From a bacterium (GTDB taxonomy: Bacteria; Electryoneota; Electryoneia; Electryoneales; Electryoneaceae): a stretch of DNA of 64,000 nucleotides. Position 1 is the first letter of the stretch; every line of letters starts with the position of its first letter. Below the pieces are notes generated by a model. That model searched no databases. It worked only from the letters and a program-made list of their open reading frames with translations, and was not told the origin of the DNA. The stretch spans positions 160,001-224,000 of the forward strand of contig CAXXKJ010000002.1 in NCBI GenBank assembly GCA_963675295.2, given 5' to 3'. The translations under genes and the position numbers were made by a program. Below are positions 17,491 through 27,860 of the stretch, piece by piece.

Positions 17491-20400
17491 TTATTTCACC
17501 ACCACGACTTTCCTGACTGTCGGCGCAAACCCATCGGCTTGCACACGCAGTAGAAAAACTCCGCTCGCCAGCCCGGGCGCGGGTGTCCAGGTGACACGTC
17601 GCGATCCGGCGTTCTGCATCCAGACGCGCTGGTCCACCTGCCGTCCGAGGATGTCGTAGACCGTGAGCGACACTTCGCCGGAGTGAGGCACGGTCACCGT
17701 CAGCACCGTCGCGGCGTTGCACGGATTCGGCGAGGGCGCGGTGACATCAAACATGGCCGGTTGTCCGACGCCGGGGTCGTCCGCAGCGACGGACGTCACC
17801 CGCAGCGTGAATGGAATCTCCAGCGGCTGCCCGCCGAGCGGAAAGAACAGGTAGATGGTGGCCTCGTAGTCGTCGGCGTCAAGTTCGTCGGACTCGGCGT
17901 GCACCGCGACCGATTCCGTCGAATTCGCCGTCATGTAGCCGAATTGCGGGTCGAAGGTCAGGTAGGGCACCGTCCAACGGATGCGGTGCAACTGCACCCG
18001 GTAGCCTGCCACATCCTCGCGCATCGTTGCGAAATAGCGGAAGTCCACCCCCTGTTGCAGCCCGGTGAACACCGCCGCGCCCGAGGTTGCGAGCGGTTCG
18101 TTGGGGTACAGCTCGTGCGTGTCATCGCTTAAAGCGCCCGTATCCGGGTGCACGAACCGGACCTGCGGAGCATTCTGGCCGTCGTTGACCAGCAGCACCA
18201 GCGATGTGCGGTCTTCGCGGCCCGCGTCCCACGCCAGCCCGCTTACCGGCAGTCCGCTGGCGAAGGGTCCATAAGTTTGCCCGAAGTTCAGGTCCCACGC
18301 ACGGATATCCCCGTCTTCCGTCGCGCACCAGAACCAATCGCTGTCGGTCTGTTTCGTGATCCAGCGATAATCCGCGCCAACGTCGGAAATGCTGCCCACC
18401 ACCTGCCCGCCGGTGGTGAACAGGGTAATCTGTCCGTTGTCGATGGACGCCAGGTTCGTTCCGTCGTTGGTCAGGCCGTACAGTGGTTGTGGGCCGCTTC
18501 GTGGCTGAGCGTATCCACCGATCTGGAATCCGTTGTCGTCGAACACGTACACCCAGTGGTCGTCCGGCTGGTTGTCCCAGAGGACATAGAACCGGCCGTC
18601 GAGGAAGGTCAGGCCACGTACCTCGCCGCCGTCCGGCAAGGGCGGATCGACGAAGTTGTGCAGCTCGTACGGCGTCACCGGACTCACCCCTTCCGGTTCC
18701 GCCCGGATCAGATAGTTCAGCGCACCGTCGAACGAGCTGATGGTGAAATTGCTGTCCGCATTCGCCCCGATGTAGGTAAACAGGTTCAGCGAATCGATCG
18801 CGACAGACGCGACATACGGCGACAGCGCCGCGTCCAGCGTGGTGACCGTTTCCCATTCGATCAACGCATTCGTTTCCTCGCCACGGTAGCCTGTCGCTGA
18901 GATGGTCACCGGCCACTCGCCAATCGGGATGCCGGGGATTTCGTACTCTCCGGACGCATTGCTTTCGCCGGAGTAAAACTCGCCGGCGTCCACTTCGACC
19001 GTCGCGTTTGGAATCGGATCGCCCGACAGGTCGTCGGTGATTGTGCCGGCCAGCGTGCCGGTTTCGACGAGGAAGCCCTTCACCGCAAACGCGTGATAGA
19101 CTATCGAACGGTATTGCCCGCCATAGAGGTCGTCCTCGGCCTGCAACATCCCCTGCGCGGCGGTTTCCGGGTCGATGCCCGGCGTCAGGTAGTACATCGA
19201 TTGTGCGACGATGTCGTCCGCGACGTCCGGCTCCAGCTGGCCACGCATGATCCACAGCGAATTTGCCCAGATCGTGCCGTTGTCGTAGAGATTGTCCGCC
19301 CAATCGTCCGGATAGGTGCGGGAGGTGGTCATCACGCGTCCGTCCCAGAACGAGTTGTGCCCGTCCCAGTTGTACACCCAGTTGTCGCGGAAATCGCTGG
19401 TCCGAGCGGACAGGGTAGCTGCCCAGTAATCGCACAGGCCTTCCGCGATCGAACGCACATCAACGCCCCAGAGGTCGCCGCCAACCGCGTCATGGTGCAA
19501 CGCGTGGCCGTATTCGTGACGGAGAACATCCGCGTCTTCCGCGTCATCCACCCCGCCCTCGCCGAAGCCGAGCCGGTTGAACTCCGGCGAATAGTAAGAC
19601 AGATCCTGCCCGTTCGCGGCGTGCGCATCCACCGGGATCGGGGCGTCTTGCAGGTTGGTGAAGCCGAGTCCGCGCAGATGCCGCTGCATCCCGTCGATGT
19701 GGGCGTACGCACAGACATCCTCGAACCCGGACTGGCTGCGGGTGAAGGTGAAACCGTTCAATGTCGCGGAGGATACCGGAGTGACAGTCGGCGGTTCGAA
19801 GTCGACGATCTCGACGTACGGCCCTTCCAGCCAATACACGTTGTCGTGGAAGCTGATGTCGCGCAACAGGGTGGGCACTCGTTCGGCGGTCAATTCTGGC
19901 GTGTCGGCATCGTTGTTGTCGGTGAAGCCGGGGTCGTCGTAAGTCGCTTCCGCGGTGGTCAATGGGTCCGGATCGAACACCAGCCCCTCGCCGTGCTCGA
20001 ACGCCATCCGGTTGTCGAGGGCGAGGACGCTGCCGTCAAACGCATCGACCACCACTTCCCAGTCGCCCAACGGGTCAAGGCTGGAATGATGCACCACCCA
20101 GGCCGGTCTGGTGGCTGAGTTGACCGGATCGACGTACAGCATCAACTCCGCGCGGGGTTGGGCCCGGCGGGACAGTCCGCCGATGGTTGTGGCTGCGATG
20201 CGGCGGGCCTCGTTGACGGACAGGGTGGCGTCGACACGCGGCCTGTGATCCACCGGCCGGACCGAGCTGCTCGTGGCGGTGATCAGGCCGTCCCGGTTGA
20301 GATGGACCCGCACTTCACCGCGGTAAACGGGGATATTGTCAACGACTTGCCGGAAGGTGACGTGCGTCCCACCCCGGCTCTCACGGATGGCGTCCAACTC

Positions 20401-20655
20401 AAGCGCCGCGACCACATCCCGCCCGCCAAACCGGTCGGCGTTCCGGGTCAGGTAACTGCGCGCGGCGGATTCCGGAGAACGCACGGACACGCGTTCGTTA
20501 ATGCCGAACCACGCTCGGGTGCTGGGTTGCGCGGCAGACGGGGCTTGCAGCGCCAGCAGGTCGGACGGTTGCGTCGCGAGCTGCGGGTTCGCCGCTGAGG
20601 CTGTCCCGGCGAACAGAACGACGCCGAAAAGCAGGCTGATCGGGATGAATTTCAT
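17491..20655 (-). CDS. Secreted M36/M4-type zinc metalloprotease with FTP/PepSY-like propeptide, carboxypeptidase-regulatory-like domain and T9SS-type CTD
   Basis: HVTFRQVVDNIPV propeptide; DAEDADVLRHEYGH…IAEGLCDY zinc motifs; GTITD…PIPNATV domain; C-terminal PNPCNA…RKVVVVK. Confidence 0.88.
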   Translation of the reverse strand: MKFIPISLLFGVVLFAGTASAANPQLATQPSDLLALQAPSAAQPSTRAWFGINERVSVRSPESAARSYLTRNADRFGGRDVVAALELDAIRESRGGTHVTFRQVVDNIPVYRGEVRVHLNRDGLITATSSSVRPVDHRPRVDATLSVNEARRIAATTIGGLSRRAQPRAELMLYVDPVNSATRPAWVVHHSSLDPLGDWEVVVDAFDGSVLALDNRMAFEHGEGLVFDPDPLTTAEATYDDPGFTDNNDADTPELTAERVPTLLRDISFHDNVYWLEGPYVEIVDFEPPTVTPVSSATLNGFTFTRSQSGFEDVCAYAHIDGMQRHLRGLGFTNLQDAPIPVDAHAANGQDLSYYSPEFNRLGFGEGGVDDAEDADVLRHEYGHALHHDAVGGDLWGVDVRSIAEGLCDYWAATLSARTSDFRDNWVYNWDGHNSFWDGRVMTTSRTYPDDWADNLYDNGTIWANSLWIMRGQLEPDVADDIVAQSMYYLTPGIDPETAAQGMLQAEDDLYGGQYRSIVYHAFAVKGFLVETGTLAGTITDDLSGDPIPNATVEVDAGEFYSGESNASGEYEIPGIPIGEWPVTISATGYRGEETNALIEWETVTTLDAALSPYVASVAIDSLNLFTYIGANADSNFTISSFDGALNYLIRAEPEGVSPVTPYELHNFVDPPLPDGGEVRGLTFLDGRFYVLWDNQPDDHWVYVFDDNGFQIGGYAQPRSGPQPLYGLTNDGTNLASIDNGQITLFTTGGQVVGSISDVGADYRWITKQTDSDWFWCATEDGDIRAWDLNFGQTYGPFASGLPVSGLAWDAGREDRTSLVLLVNDGQNAPQVRFVHPDTGALSDDTHELYPNEPLATSGAAVFTGLQQGVDFRYFATMREDVAGYRVQLHRIRWTVPYLTFDPQFGYMTANSTESVAVHAESDELDADDYEATIYLFFPLGGQPLEIPFTLRVTSVAADDPGVGQPAMFDVTAPSPNPCNAATVLTVTVPHSGEVSLTVYDILGRQVDQRVWMQNAGSRRVTWTPAPGLASGVFLLRVQADGFAPTVRKVVVVK

Positions 20656-20793
20656 GCTGGGTTTCCTGTCCGCTGCATACTGTAACTTAGCACACACACG
20701 GCCAGATCGCGAGGTTTGATTGCGTTTTTCGCAGGGTGGCATGGGTCATGATACAACCGATGGCCCGGGTTTCATCGTCTCAGCCGACGTGGA

Positions 20794-21417
20794 TCAGAAA
20801 ATCTTTGCCCACTCGACGTACCCGTTCTCGTCCTTCGCCATTTCCTTCCAACCGAGGCCGCTGAGGATTTTGTTCACCGGCGCGTTGGTCTCGTGCACCG
20901 TGCCACGGATCGCCTTGTATTTGCCGGAGTTTTCGGTGGTTGTGCTGAACGCGGTGTAGATCTTCTTGCCGACACGTTTCCCACGCGCCTTGTCCGACAC
21001 ACCCGCGCCAACGTAGGACATCGTCGGGGCCGGGTAGTGAATATCTGGCGCGCTGGCGGGCTTTTTGTACAACCCCAGCGCGACCTTGATCCGCACCGTG
21101 ACGTTGTGCAGCACGTCCTTGTTCGCCCAGAGCCACGGACGTGGCAGCAGCGACCAGAACACGGTCCAGAACATGGCGCGATTCATCTGCTTCTGGTAGC
21201 CGAGCACCGCACCGACGCCGAACCCGAGCACGTCCTTGCCTTCCACCGCCGCAAACGCCAGCCCGTTGTCATAGTTCATGAACCAGCGCAGGAATTGACG
21301 CGCGTACGCCCGCCCCATTTTCCCTGACGGACGGTCATGAAACGCCTGCAGGTACACATCGACCAACCCCTCGATGTGTTCTTCCCGCATCGGCACGACG
21401 GTCACTTCTTCCGGCAT
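20794..21417 (-). CDS. GNAT-family acetyltransferase
   Basis: GVSDKARGKRVGK acetyl-CoA motif and N..N…LGW motif; start MPEEVT. Confidence 0.75.
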   Translation of the reverse strand: MPEEVTVVPMREEHIEGLVDVYLQAFHDRPSGKMGRAYARQFLRWFMNYDNGLAFAAVEGKDVLGFGVGAVLGYQKQMNRAMFWTVFWSLLPRPWLWANKDVLHNVTVRIKVALGLYKKPASAPDIHYPAPTMSYVGAGVSDKARGKRVGKKIYTAFSTTTENSGKYKAIRGTVHETNAPVNKILSGLGWKEMAKDENGYVEWAKIF

Positions 21418-21433
21418 ATCGTTCTCTTTCGTC

Positions 21434-21460
21434 TTGCCCGTGTTGGCTTCGACAACGCGG
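21434..21460 (+). repeat. REP-like family A copy
   Basis: TTGCCCGTGTTGGCTTCGACAACGCGG, nearly identical to 14482-14509. Confidence 0.6.
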
Positions 21461-21588
21461 TTTCCGCACAAGGTGTTCACCCTCGCCCGCTCGCAACGAA
21501 AAATGCCACGGACAGATGCCCGTGGCAACAGGAACAATCGGAAACATGCTTCACTGCGGTCATGCGAACAGCGAACCCGTGTTCGTCG

Positions 21589-22710
21589 TTACCCCATCAA
21601 CTTGTCCGGGTTCAGTCCTTCGAACGCCGGGTGGACAAACAGGCCGTCCTTGCGGATCAGTTCGCCGTCGATGTGGATTTCGCCGCCGCCGTATTCCGGG
21701 GTCTGGATCTGGACCAGGTCCCAGTGGACCGCGGAACGGTTGCCGTTGTCGGTGTCATCGTACGCGTTGCCCGGCGTGAAGTGGAACGAGCCCATGATCT
21801 TTTCGTCGAACAGGATTTCGTCCATTGCGAACGTGATCGCCGGGTTGCAGCCGAGCGCGAATTCGCCGATGTAGCGCGCGCCTTCGTCCGTGTCGAAGAT
21901 CTCGTTGACCCGCTTGGTATCGTTCGCAGTCGCCTTGATGATCTTCCCGTTTTCGAAGGTCAGCTCGACGTCCTTGAACGTGAAGCCGTGGTAGCTGGAC
22001 GGCGTGTTGTAGCGGATGGTTCCGTTCACGCTGTCCCGCACCGGGCACGAATAGACTTCACCGTCCGGGATGTTGCGCAGGCCGTCGCACTTGACCGCGC
22101 CGATGCCCTTGATCGAGAATTTGAGGTCGGTGCCGGGGCCGGTGATGTGGACCTGGTCAGCGTTCCGCAGGAACTCCGCCGCCGGATCCATCGCCGCCGA
22201 CATCTTTTTGTAGTCCACGCTCGCGGTGACGTTGAAGTAGTATTCCTCGAACGCTTCGGTGCTCATGTTCGCCATCATCGCCATCGCCGGCGTCGGGTAA
22301 CGCAGCACGACCCACTTGGTGTTCGGGACACGCTCGTTCGCGTGCACCGGCTGGAACACTTCGGTGCCCCACAGCGCGTTCTTGTCGCCCGGCAGGTCGC
22401 TCAGTTCCTTCGTATTGGTCACGCCACGCACACCGATGAAGGCGTCCATGTTCTTCATCCGGTGCAGTTCGCTGTCCTGGATCGCGGCGAGGGATTCCTT
22501 CGACGCGCCCATCAGGATCGAACGCAGCAGCTTGTTGTGCTTCAGCTCGAGCAGCGGGTAGCCTTTGGCGCGGTAGACCGCCTTGACGATGGCATCGATG
22601 AATTCAATCGGGGTGTCGTAGCACTCGATGAGCACTTTTTCGCCGGGCTGAACATCGCAGGAATAGGTGACGAGCAGGTCGGCAAGCTTGTCATGACGCG
22701 CGTCGTGCAT
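21589..22710 (-). CDS. Thermophilic metalloprotease (M29) aminopeptidase
   Basis: NIPDGEVY, GARYIGEFALG, LFDEKI.GSFH, NRSAVHWD motifs. Confidence 0.93.
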   Translation of the reverse strand: MHDARHDKLADLLVTYSCDVQPGEKVLIECYDTPIEFIDAIVKAVYRAKGYPLLELKHNKLLRSILMGASKESLAAIQDSELHRMKNMDAFIGVRGVTNTKELSDLPGDKNALWGTEVFQPVHANERVPNTKWVVLRYPTPAMAMMANMSTEAFEEYYFNVTASVDYKKMSAAMDPAAEFLRNADQVHITGPGTDLKFSIKGIGAVKCDGLRNIPDGEVYSCPVRDSVNGTIRYNTPSSYHGFTFKDVELTFENGKIIKATANDTKRVNEIFDTDEGARYIGEFALGCNPAITFAMDEILFDEKIMGSFHFTPGNAYDDTDNGNRSAVHWDLVQIQTPEYGGGEIHIDGELIRKDGLFVHPAFEGLNPDKLMG

Positions 22711-22958
22711 GATCCTTCCTTCCGTGGGTATGGTTCGTTGTGATGTGGGAGTTTCGGAACGTACGTGCGGCGAACGAAAAAGGCAAACCGGGACTCACTC
22801 TGAGCCCGGCGGTTCGCGGATTTGTCACCATACCGGCCGTCACCCGTTCACCTCCAGATCACACGTCCCGGTCTCCGGAGAGTCGTGTGTCTCCGCTCAC
22901 CCTGCTGTATGTTTGGTACTCCTAACATACGGAACACGTTTTTTAATCCGGAGATAGC

Positions 22959-24035
22959 ATGCGGTATTTGACCTTGAGACGGTTCACTTTGCCTGTGGCG
23001 GCCCTGCTGCTGGCAGGTTTGATGGGTTGCAGTGACGATTCCTCGACCAATCCCGACGACGTTCAAGCTGATTTTGACCTTTCGGTCAGCCAATTAACCT
23101 TCCCTGACGGTCTGTCTGACGCGTTCTTCACCATCCAGAGCGTATCCGGCGACACGCTCGCGTGGTCGATCACCGAATTTGAGTCGTGGCTGATGGTCTC
23201 GCCGACCCAAGGCAGCGCCTCCGCTGAGCCGGATACCGTGTTCGTGACGGTCGACCGTGGCGGCCTCACGCCCGGCGAGTACGATAGCAGCATCAAGGTG
23301 GCCAGCGAAAATGGCGGCGATCAAAGCATCGCGGTGCAATTGCAGGTTCCGATCGCGCCCATCCTGTTTGTTGATCCGCAGGCCATTGATATCGCGGTGA
23401 ACTACAACGGCGCGTTGCTCACGATCCAGAACACCGGCGGTGACTCGCTGCACTGGTTCCTGACGAACCGTCAGCCATGGTTGATCACAAGTCCTTTCAT
23501 GGGGACGTCAACTGGCGAAATCGACAGCGTGGTCCTGGGCGTCGATCGTGGCGTCATGCATTCCGGGTTGTACGCCGACACGGTCTTTGTCAACACCTCG
23601 GACGGGCACAAGGACACGATTCGTGTCACCATGGAAGTGCCGCGGGAATTGGCGTCACGGATAGTCTACTGGACCAACGAGGTGGTCGAGGAAGACCATT
23701 ACCGGTACAGCAACGGCCAGAGCAACCCGCGTGACACCAGACCGCAGGCTCACCTCGAACTGACAGACTGGCCCGGCGATTACGGTCTCGAGATCTTCGT
23801 GATGAACTCCTACAATTTCGACCGCTACCAGGACCGGGAATCATTTGACGTCTACTGGCACCAGTCTGTGTATTCCGAGGGGACGTACAACTTCACCGGT
23901 AGCACCGTCATCCCGCACGGCACCATCGTCTATGTGGTCGTGGACAACACCGATTATGGCTGGGACGATACCGACTTCGATTTCTCCAACGACAAGGCGT
24001 ATTTCAACCTCAGTGTTGATCTGCAACCGGAATGA
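22959..24035 (+). CDS. Lipoprotein with two BACON-like Ig repeats
   Basis: Lipobox LMG|C; two repeats of TIQ..GD.L.W…WL..SP..G…VDRG…G.Y. Confidence 0.8.
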   Translation: MRYLTLRRFTLPVAALLLAGLMGCSDDSSTNPDDVQADFDLSVSQLTFPDGLSDAFFTIQSVSGDTLAWSITEFESWLMVSPTQGSASAEPDTVFVTVDRGGLTPGEYDSSIKVASENGGDQSIAVQLQVPIAPILFVDPQAIDIAVNYNGALLTIQNTGGDSLHWFLTNRQPWLITSPFMGTSTGEIDSVVLGVDRGVMHSGLYADTVFVNTSDGHKDTIRVTMEVPRELASRIVYWTNEVVEEDHYRYSNGQSNPRDTRPQAHLELTDWPGDYGLEIFVMNSYNFDRYQDRESFDVYWHQSVYSEGTYNFTGSTVIPHGTIVYVVVDNTDYGWDDTDFDFSNDKAYFNLSVDLQPE

Positions 24036-24078
24036 CAGCGCTGGCGAAACAACGGTTTTTGAGGTACTGAAACGCATC

Positions 24079-24106
24079 CAAACCCCGGTCCGTGAGCTCG
24101 GGGTTT
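24079..24106 (+). terminator. Terminator-like hairpin
   Basis: AAACCCCGG…TCGGGGTTT downstream of 22959..24035. Confidence 0.4.
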
Positions 24107-24322
24107 GGTCATTTGGTGGGAAGCTGAGAGACATGGCGAGGGGAATGTCGTGGGATCGTGCGAGTCTGGTGCCTTTCTTCGGCTCAGTAAAAATTGAGGA
24201 TTATCCACGAGCGCGCAGCTTTTGGGTTCTTGGTTTTATACATTACAAGGCTTAGCCCCCCTCGGGCAAAATTGATGAATCAACAGGCGCGCCAGTTCCA
24301 GCCGGCGTGACAATCGGGAGGC

Positions 24323-25882
24323 GTGATGAAGCGGATGGTAGCGGTTGTTCTGTTCTGTGCGGCGTTTGCGGGGTTGCTGCCGGCACAGGCGCAAGTCAGC
24401 ATCAACCAGGGCAATGTGCCGATGACCCCTGGCGATACGTTTGAATACCTGTCAGAAAGCGATGTGACCGTCGACCTCGGCAATCCGGGTGCGAACCAGG
24501 TGTGGGATTTCACCCAGACCACCGCGCCGTCGGTGCAGACCGAGGAGATCGTCAACCCGGCGGACTCGCCATACTACACCATGTTTCCGGATGCCAACCG
24601 TGTCACGTTCGGCCCGATCCCGTTCGGCCTGTCAGACGGCACCGCGTGGCGCTACGACACCGTTTCGGCGGACCAGTGGACGGTGACCGGTGTCGCGACC
24701 TACATCCAGGAGCTGGGCGGCGAATTGCCGTTGCCGTTGAACATCCCGCTGATGCCGTTGCCGCTGAATTACGGTGACGACTGGTCGCTTGACTTCTACT
24801 ATGAGATCACACTTGACGTTGACGATATTCCGTACCCGATCCCGGTGTTCGAGGAAATCCGCATCGAGATCACCATCGGCGGCAGCAACGATTGCGATGG
24901 TTGGGGTACGGTCCTGGTGCCGGGTGGTGAGATCGACGCTTTGCGTGTCTATTCGCAGATTGGCGGCTACGCTGACGCCATCGGGATTTACTACCTCTTC
25001 GGCACCATCCCGATCGAAGTCCCGATCGGCCGTGTTTTCGAACTGCAAGCCTCCCAAGCCTATTCCTGGTATGCGCCGGACTATGGCGAAGTGGCGTTTG
25101 CCGTTTCACAGGCAGGCGAACCAGATCCGAACTTCACCGACGCCTCGGTCCTGCGTCGCATTAACCTCGGCGACACCCCAGCGACGTTGACGCTGGACGC
25201 CGAACCGTTGAACGCTCCGGTCGAAATCCCGGCTCAGGGTGGCACCTTCCACTGGAGCCTCGCGATCCAGTCGACGTACACCACCAACCTCACCGGCAAC
25301 ATCTGGACCACCGCGACGCTGCCGAATGGGAACGACTATTTCGTGCAGAACGTGCCGGTCAATTTGCCGCCGAACGCCGACATCTTTGTCCCGAACTTGA
25401 GCCAGGCGGTGCCAGGAATGGCCCCGGCGGGCATGTACTCCTTTAACGTCTACGGTGGCCTCTACCCGAATGTCGTGCTCGGTCAGGATTCGTTCGGCTT
25501 CAGTAAGCTCGCGACCGGCACTGATGCGACCTGGACACCGGACTGGTCGGCCAGCGGTCTCGAACAGTTGACGGATCGCGGTCTGGCATCCGAGGATACG
25601 TCCCCGGCGAGCCCGCGTGACTTTGCCCTCGGCGCGGCCTACCCGAACCCGTTCAACCCGACGACCACGCTCAGCCTGACGTTGCCGCAAGCCGCGCGGG
25701 TGGATGTTGTCGTCTTTGATGCGCTCGGCCGTCAGGTGGCAACTGTCGCGCAGGGTACCTACGCCGCCGGTCAGCATGACTTGACGGTGGACGGTCGCGG
25801 TCTGGCGAGCGGTGTCTACTTCGTGCACGCCTCCGTGCCGGGTCAGCTGAACCAGGTGCAGAAGATCGTGCTGATGAAGTAG
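24323..25882 (+). CDS. Secreted protein with T9SS-type CTD
   Basis: Signal peptide; GANQVWDF and DGWGTVLVPGG motifs; pre-CTD IPAQGG…VPGMAPAGMY domain; YPNPFNPTT…KIVLMK. Confidence 0.88.
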   Translation: MMKRMVAVVLFCAAFAGLLPAQAQVSINQGNVPMTPGDTFEYLSESDVTVDLGNPGANQVWDFTQTTAPSVQTEEIVNPADSPYYTMFPDANRVTFGPIPFGLSDGTAWRYDTVSADQWTVTGVATYIQELGGELPLPLNIPLMPLPLNYGDDWSLDFYYEITLDVDDIPYPIPVFEEIRIEITIGGSNDCDGWGTVLVPGGEIDALRVYSQIGGYADAIGIYYLFGTIPIEVPIGRVFELQASQAYSWYAPDYGEVAFAVSQAGEPDPNFTDASVLRRINLGDTPATLTLDAEPLNAPVEIPAQGGTFHWSLAIQSTYTTNLTGNIWTTATLPNGNDYFVQNVPVNLPPNADIFVPNLSQAVPGMAPAGMYSFNVYGGLYPNVVLGQDSFGFSKLATGTDATWTPDWSASGLEQLTDRGLASEDTSPASPRDFALGAAYPNPFNPTTTLSLTLPQAARVDVVVFDALGRQVATVAQGTYAAGQHDLTVDGRGLASGVYFVHASVPGQLNQVQKIVLMK

Positions 25883-25893
25883 TTCCACTGATC

Positions 25894-25982
25894 GTGCCCG
25901 TGTCAGCTTGCTGACGCGGACGCGGGTTAATCAGACGTTTCAACAAGTTCTCGGGGGTACGTGCTCCACACGTACCCCCGGG
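25894..25982 (+). repeat. REP-like family A copy plus a second hairpin
   Basis: GTGCCCGTGTCAGCTTGCTGACGCGG (25894-25919); GGGGGTACGTG/CACGTACCCCC hairpin near 25953-25979. Confidence 0.7.
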
Positions 25983-26159
25983 CATACAACGGTCAAACAT
26001 CCGTACGTACTTTGTTCTAAGAACGAACAAACAAGCCGTGATGAATTCGTTCACCGTCCCCGAAACAGGGTCTATCCCGTTTCCTCGAACCAAGCCGAAG
26101 TTGTTTACCGGCAAGACAAACGGCTGTTTCAATCGATTGTTTCGTTTTTGGTGAGTTTC

Positions 26160-27632
26160 ATGAACAGAACACTGCCCGCTTTGATCCTGCTCGCTGTGAT
26201 GCTTTTGATTCCGTTCACTTCCACTCAAGCTCAGAACTGGCATGTGGAGCTCGCGACGCCGTGGACCGCGTTGCAGCAGAACAATTCCGGCTGGACCGGC
26301 GCGGACGGCATCTGGTCGGTCCCGCTCAACGGCGACGAGCGTCCGGGCGCCTACCAGTACACGAACACCTTCGTGATTTACAGCGACACCATCATCGGCG
26401 AGGTCGACAGCTCCGGCATCCGTCAGTCGGAAGGCATTGCGAGAAACACGTTCTGCTTCCTGCCGCCGGGTCCGCCGAGCCTGGAGACTGCGACGTTCTA
26501 CTACGAACGCGACAACCAGAACAACCTGCGCGGCGTCTTCATGCCGACCACGCAGCACGCGCAGCCAGGGGAATACTACTGGCCGGGCGACGGCATCGCG
26601 CTCGGAAATTACTTGTACTTCACCGTCAACCGGATGTACGACGACAACAACTGGTTCTACCGCGCTGGCATCTCGATGTTGCGGATTCCGCTCGATACGC
26701 GGCCGCCATTCGACGATGACGTGCAGCAGGTGGAGGTGCCATTGTGGGCCCCGGCAACCGCCGACCGTGGCGAACTCAGCTTCACGTCCGGTTTCTTCCC
26801 GAACACCGTGCGTGCCGGTGCACCATTTCCCGATGGGTACATTTACGTGTACGGCCTCGAGGAAATCCCGTTCAACAAATATCTGCTGGTCGCGCGTGTG
26901 CCGGAGGATCAGTTCCTCAACATGCAGGCGTGGCGGTTCTGGGCCGGTCCGGATCAGGGCTGGGTTCCGGAGATGGAGGCGTCGGTGACGGTGACGGATC
27001 GCGTGTCCAGCGAGCTGAGCGTGTCGCCGTTGGCGGACGGCCGTTACATCCTTGTCTTCCAGCTCGATACGTTGGGCGATTACGTCGCCGTGCGCCTGGC
27101 ACCGACACCGGTTGGACCGTGGGGTGATTTCCACCAGATCTACTATTGTCCGCAAACCGATTCGTTGAACGGGGATGTCTACCCGTACAACGCCAAGGCG
27201 CACCCGCACCTCAGTGACGAAGGTGAGCTGTTGATCAGCTACAATGTCGGCGGTGGCAATTTCTTCCAGTACTTCACCTACGCCGACATCTACCGGCCAC
27301 GTTTCATCCGGCTGATCCTTGACGACGGCATCCTCAACAACCCGGGCGCGGAACGTGGGTCGGTGGTGACCTTGAATCCCGCGCCGCTGATCGCGCCGAA
27401 CCCGTTCAACGCGATGGCGACGGTCAACCTGACGTTGCCGCAGGCGTCGAACGTGTCCGTCGCGGTGTATGATGTGATGGGACGCCTGGTCGAGCAGTTG
27501 CACGACGGCTACCTGCCTGCGGGCGAACAGACGTTGTCGCTGGACGCCGGCCAGTTCGCATCAGGAACGTATTTTCTCCGCGTTGACGGCGCCGATGCCC
27601 TTCCACCGCGGAAATTCACTGTGGTGAAGTAG
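26160..27632 (+). CDS. DUF4185/DUF5005-like beta-propeller with T9SS-type CTD
   Basis: GWTGADGI.S, SDT..G, DGYIY.YG, YNAKAHP…ELLISYN…YRPRF; C-terminal PNPFNA…KFTVVK. Confidence 0.8.
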   Translation: MNRTLPALILLAVMLLIPFTSTQAQNWHVELATPWTALQQNNSGWTGADGIWSVPLNGDERPGAYQYTNTFVIYSDTIIGEVDSSGIRQSEGIARNTFCFLPPGPPSLETATFYYERDNQNNLRGVFMPTTQHAQPGEYYWPGDGIALGNYLYFTVNRMYDDNNWFYRAGISMLRIPLDTRPPFDDDVQQVEVPLWAPATADRGELSFTSGFFPNTVRAGAPFPDGYIYVYGLEEIPFNKYLLVARVPEDQFLNMQAWRFWAGPDQGWVPEMEASVTVTDRVSSELSVSPLADGRYILVFQLDTLGDYVAVRLAPTPVGPWGDFHQIYYCPQTDSLNGDVYPYNAKAHPHLSDEGELLISYNVGGGNFFQYFTYADIYRPRFIRLILDDGILNNPGAERGSVVTLNPAPLIAPNPFNAMATVNLTLPQASNVSVAVYDVMGRLVEQLHDGYLPAGEQTLSLDAGQFASGTYFLRVDGADALPPRKFTVVK

Positions 27633-27637
27633 CAGAA

Positions 27638-27800
27638 GTGCCCGTGTCCGCTTGCGGACGCGGATCAACTGCGCGTCATCCTGAGAGTTGCGCTTGCCCG
27701 CCTCCGGCGAAAAGGATGGCGCATTTGTCAGTCGTCAGTCGTCAGTCATCAGTTGTCAGTGGTCTTTAGCTCACAGCTCATAGCTCACGGCTCACAGCTC
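27638..27800 (+). repeat. REP-like family A copy plus 11 tandem heptamers
   Basis: GTGCCCGTGTCCGCTTGCGGACGCGG (27638-27663); GTCGTCA-type then ACAGCTC-type units at 27724-27800. Confidence 0.75.
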
Positions 27801-27860
27801 GACCTGACCGTTTGCCCTGACGTGCTTGCACGCCGGGATCATCCATAGAGAGGACCAACG

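Noticed and set aside
22778-22812. c-di-GMP-I riboswitch-like GGCAAACC
   Set aside because: No GAAA tetraloop stem or GACGCAAAG follow-on.
27724-27800. CRISPR array
   Set aside because: Units are 7 bp with no spacers; the other repeats are dispersed palindromes; no cas genes.
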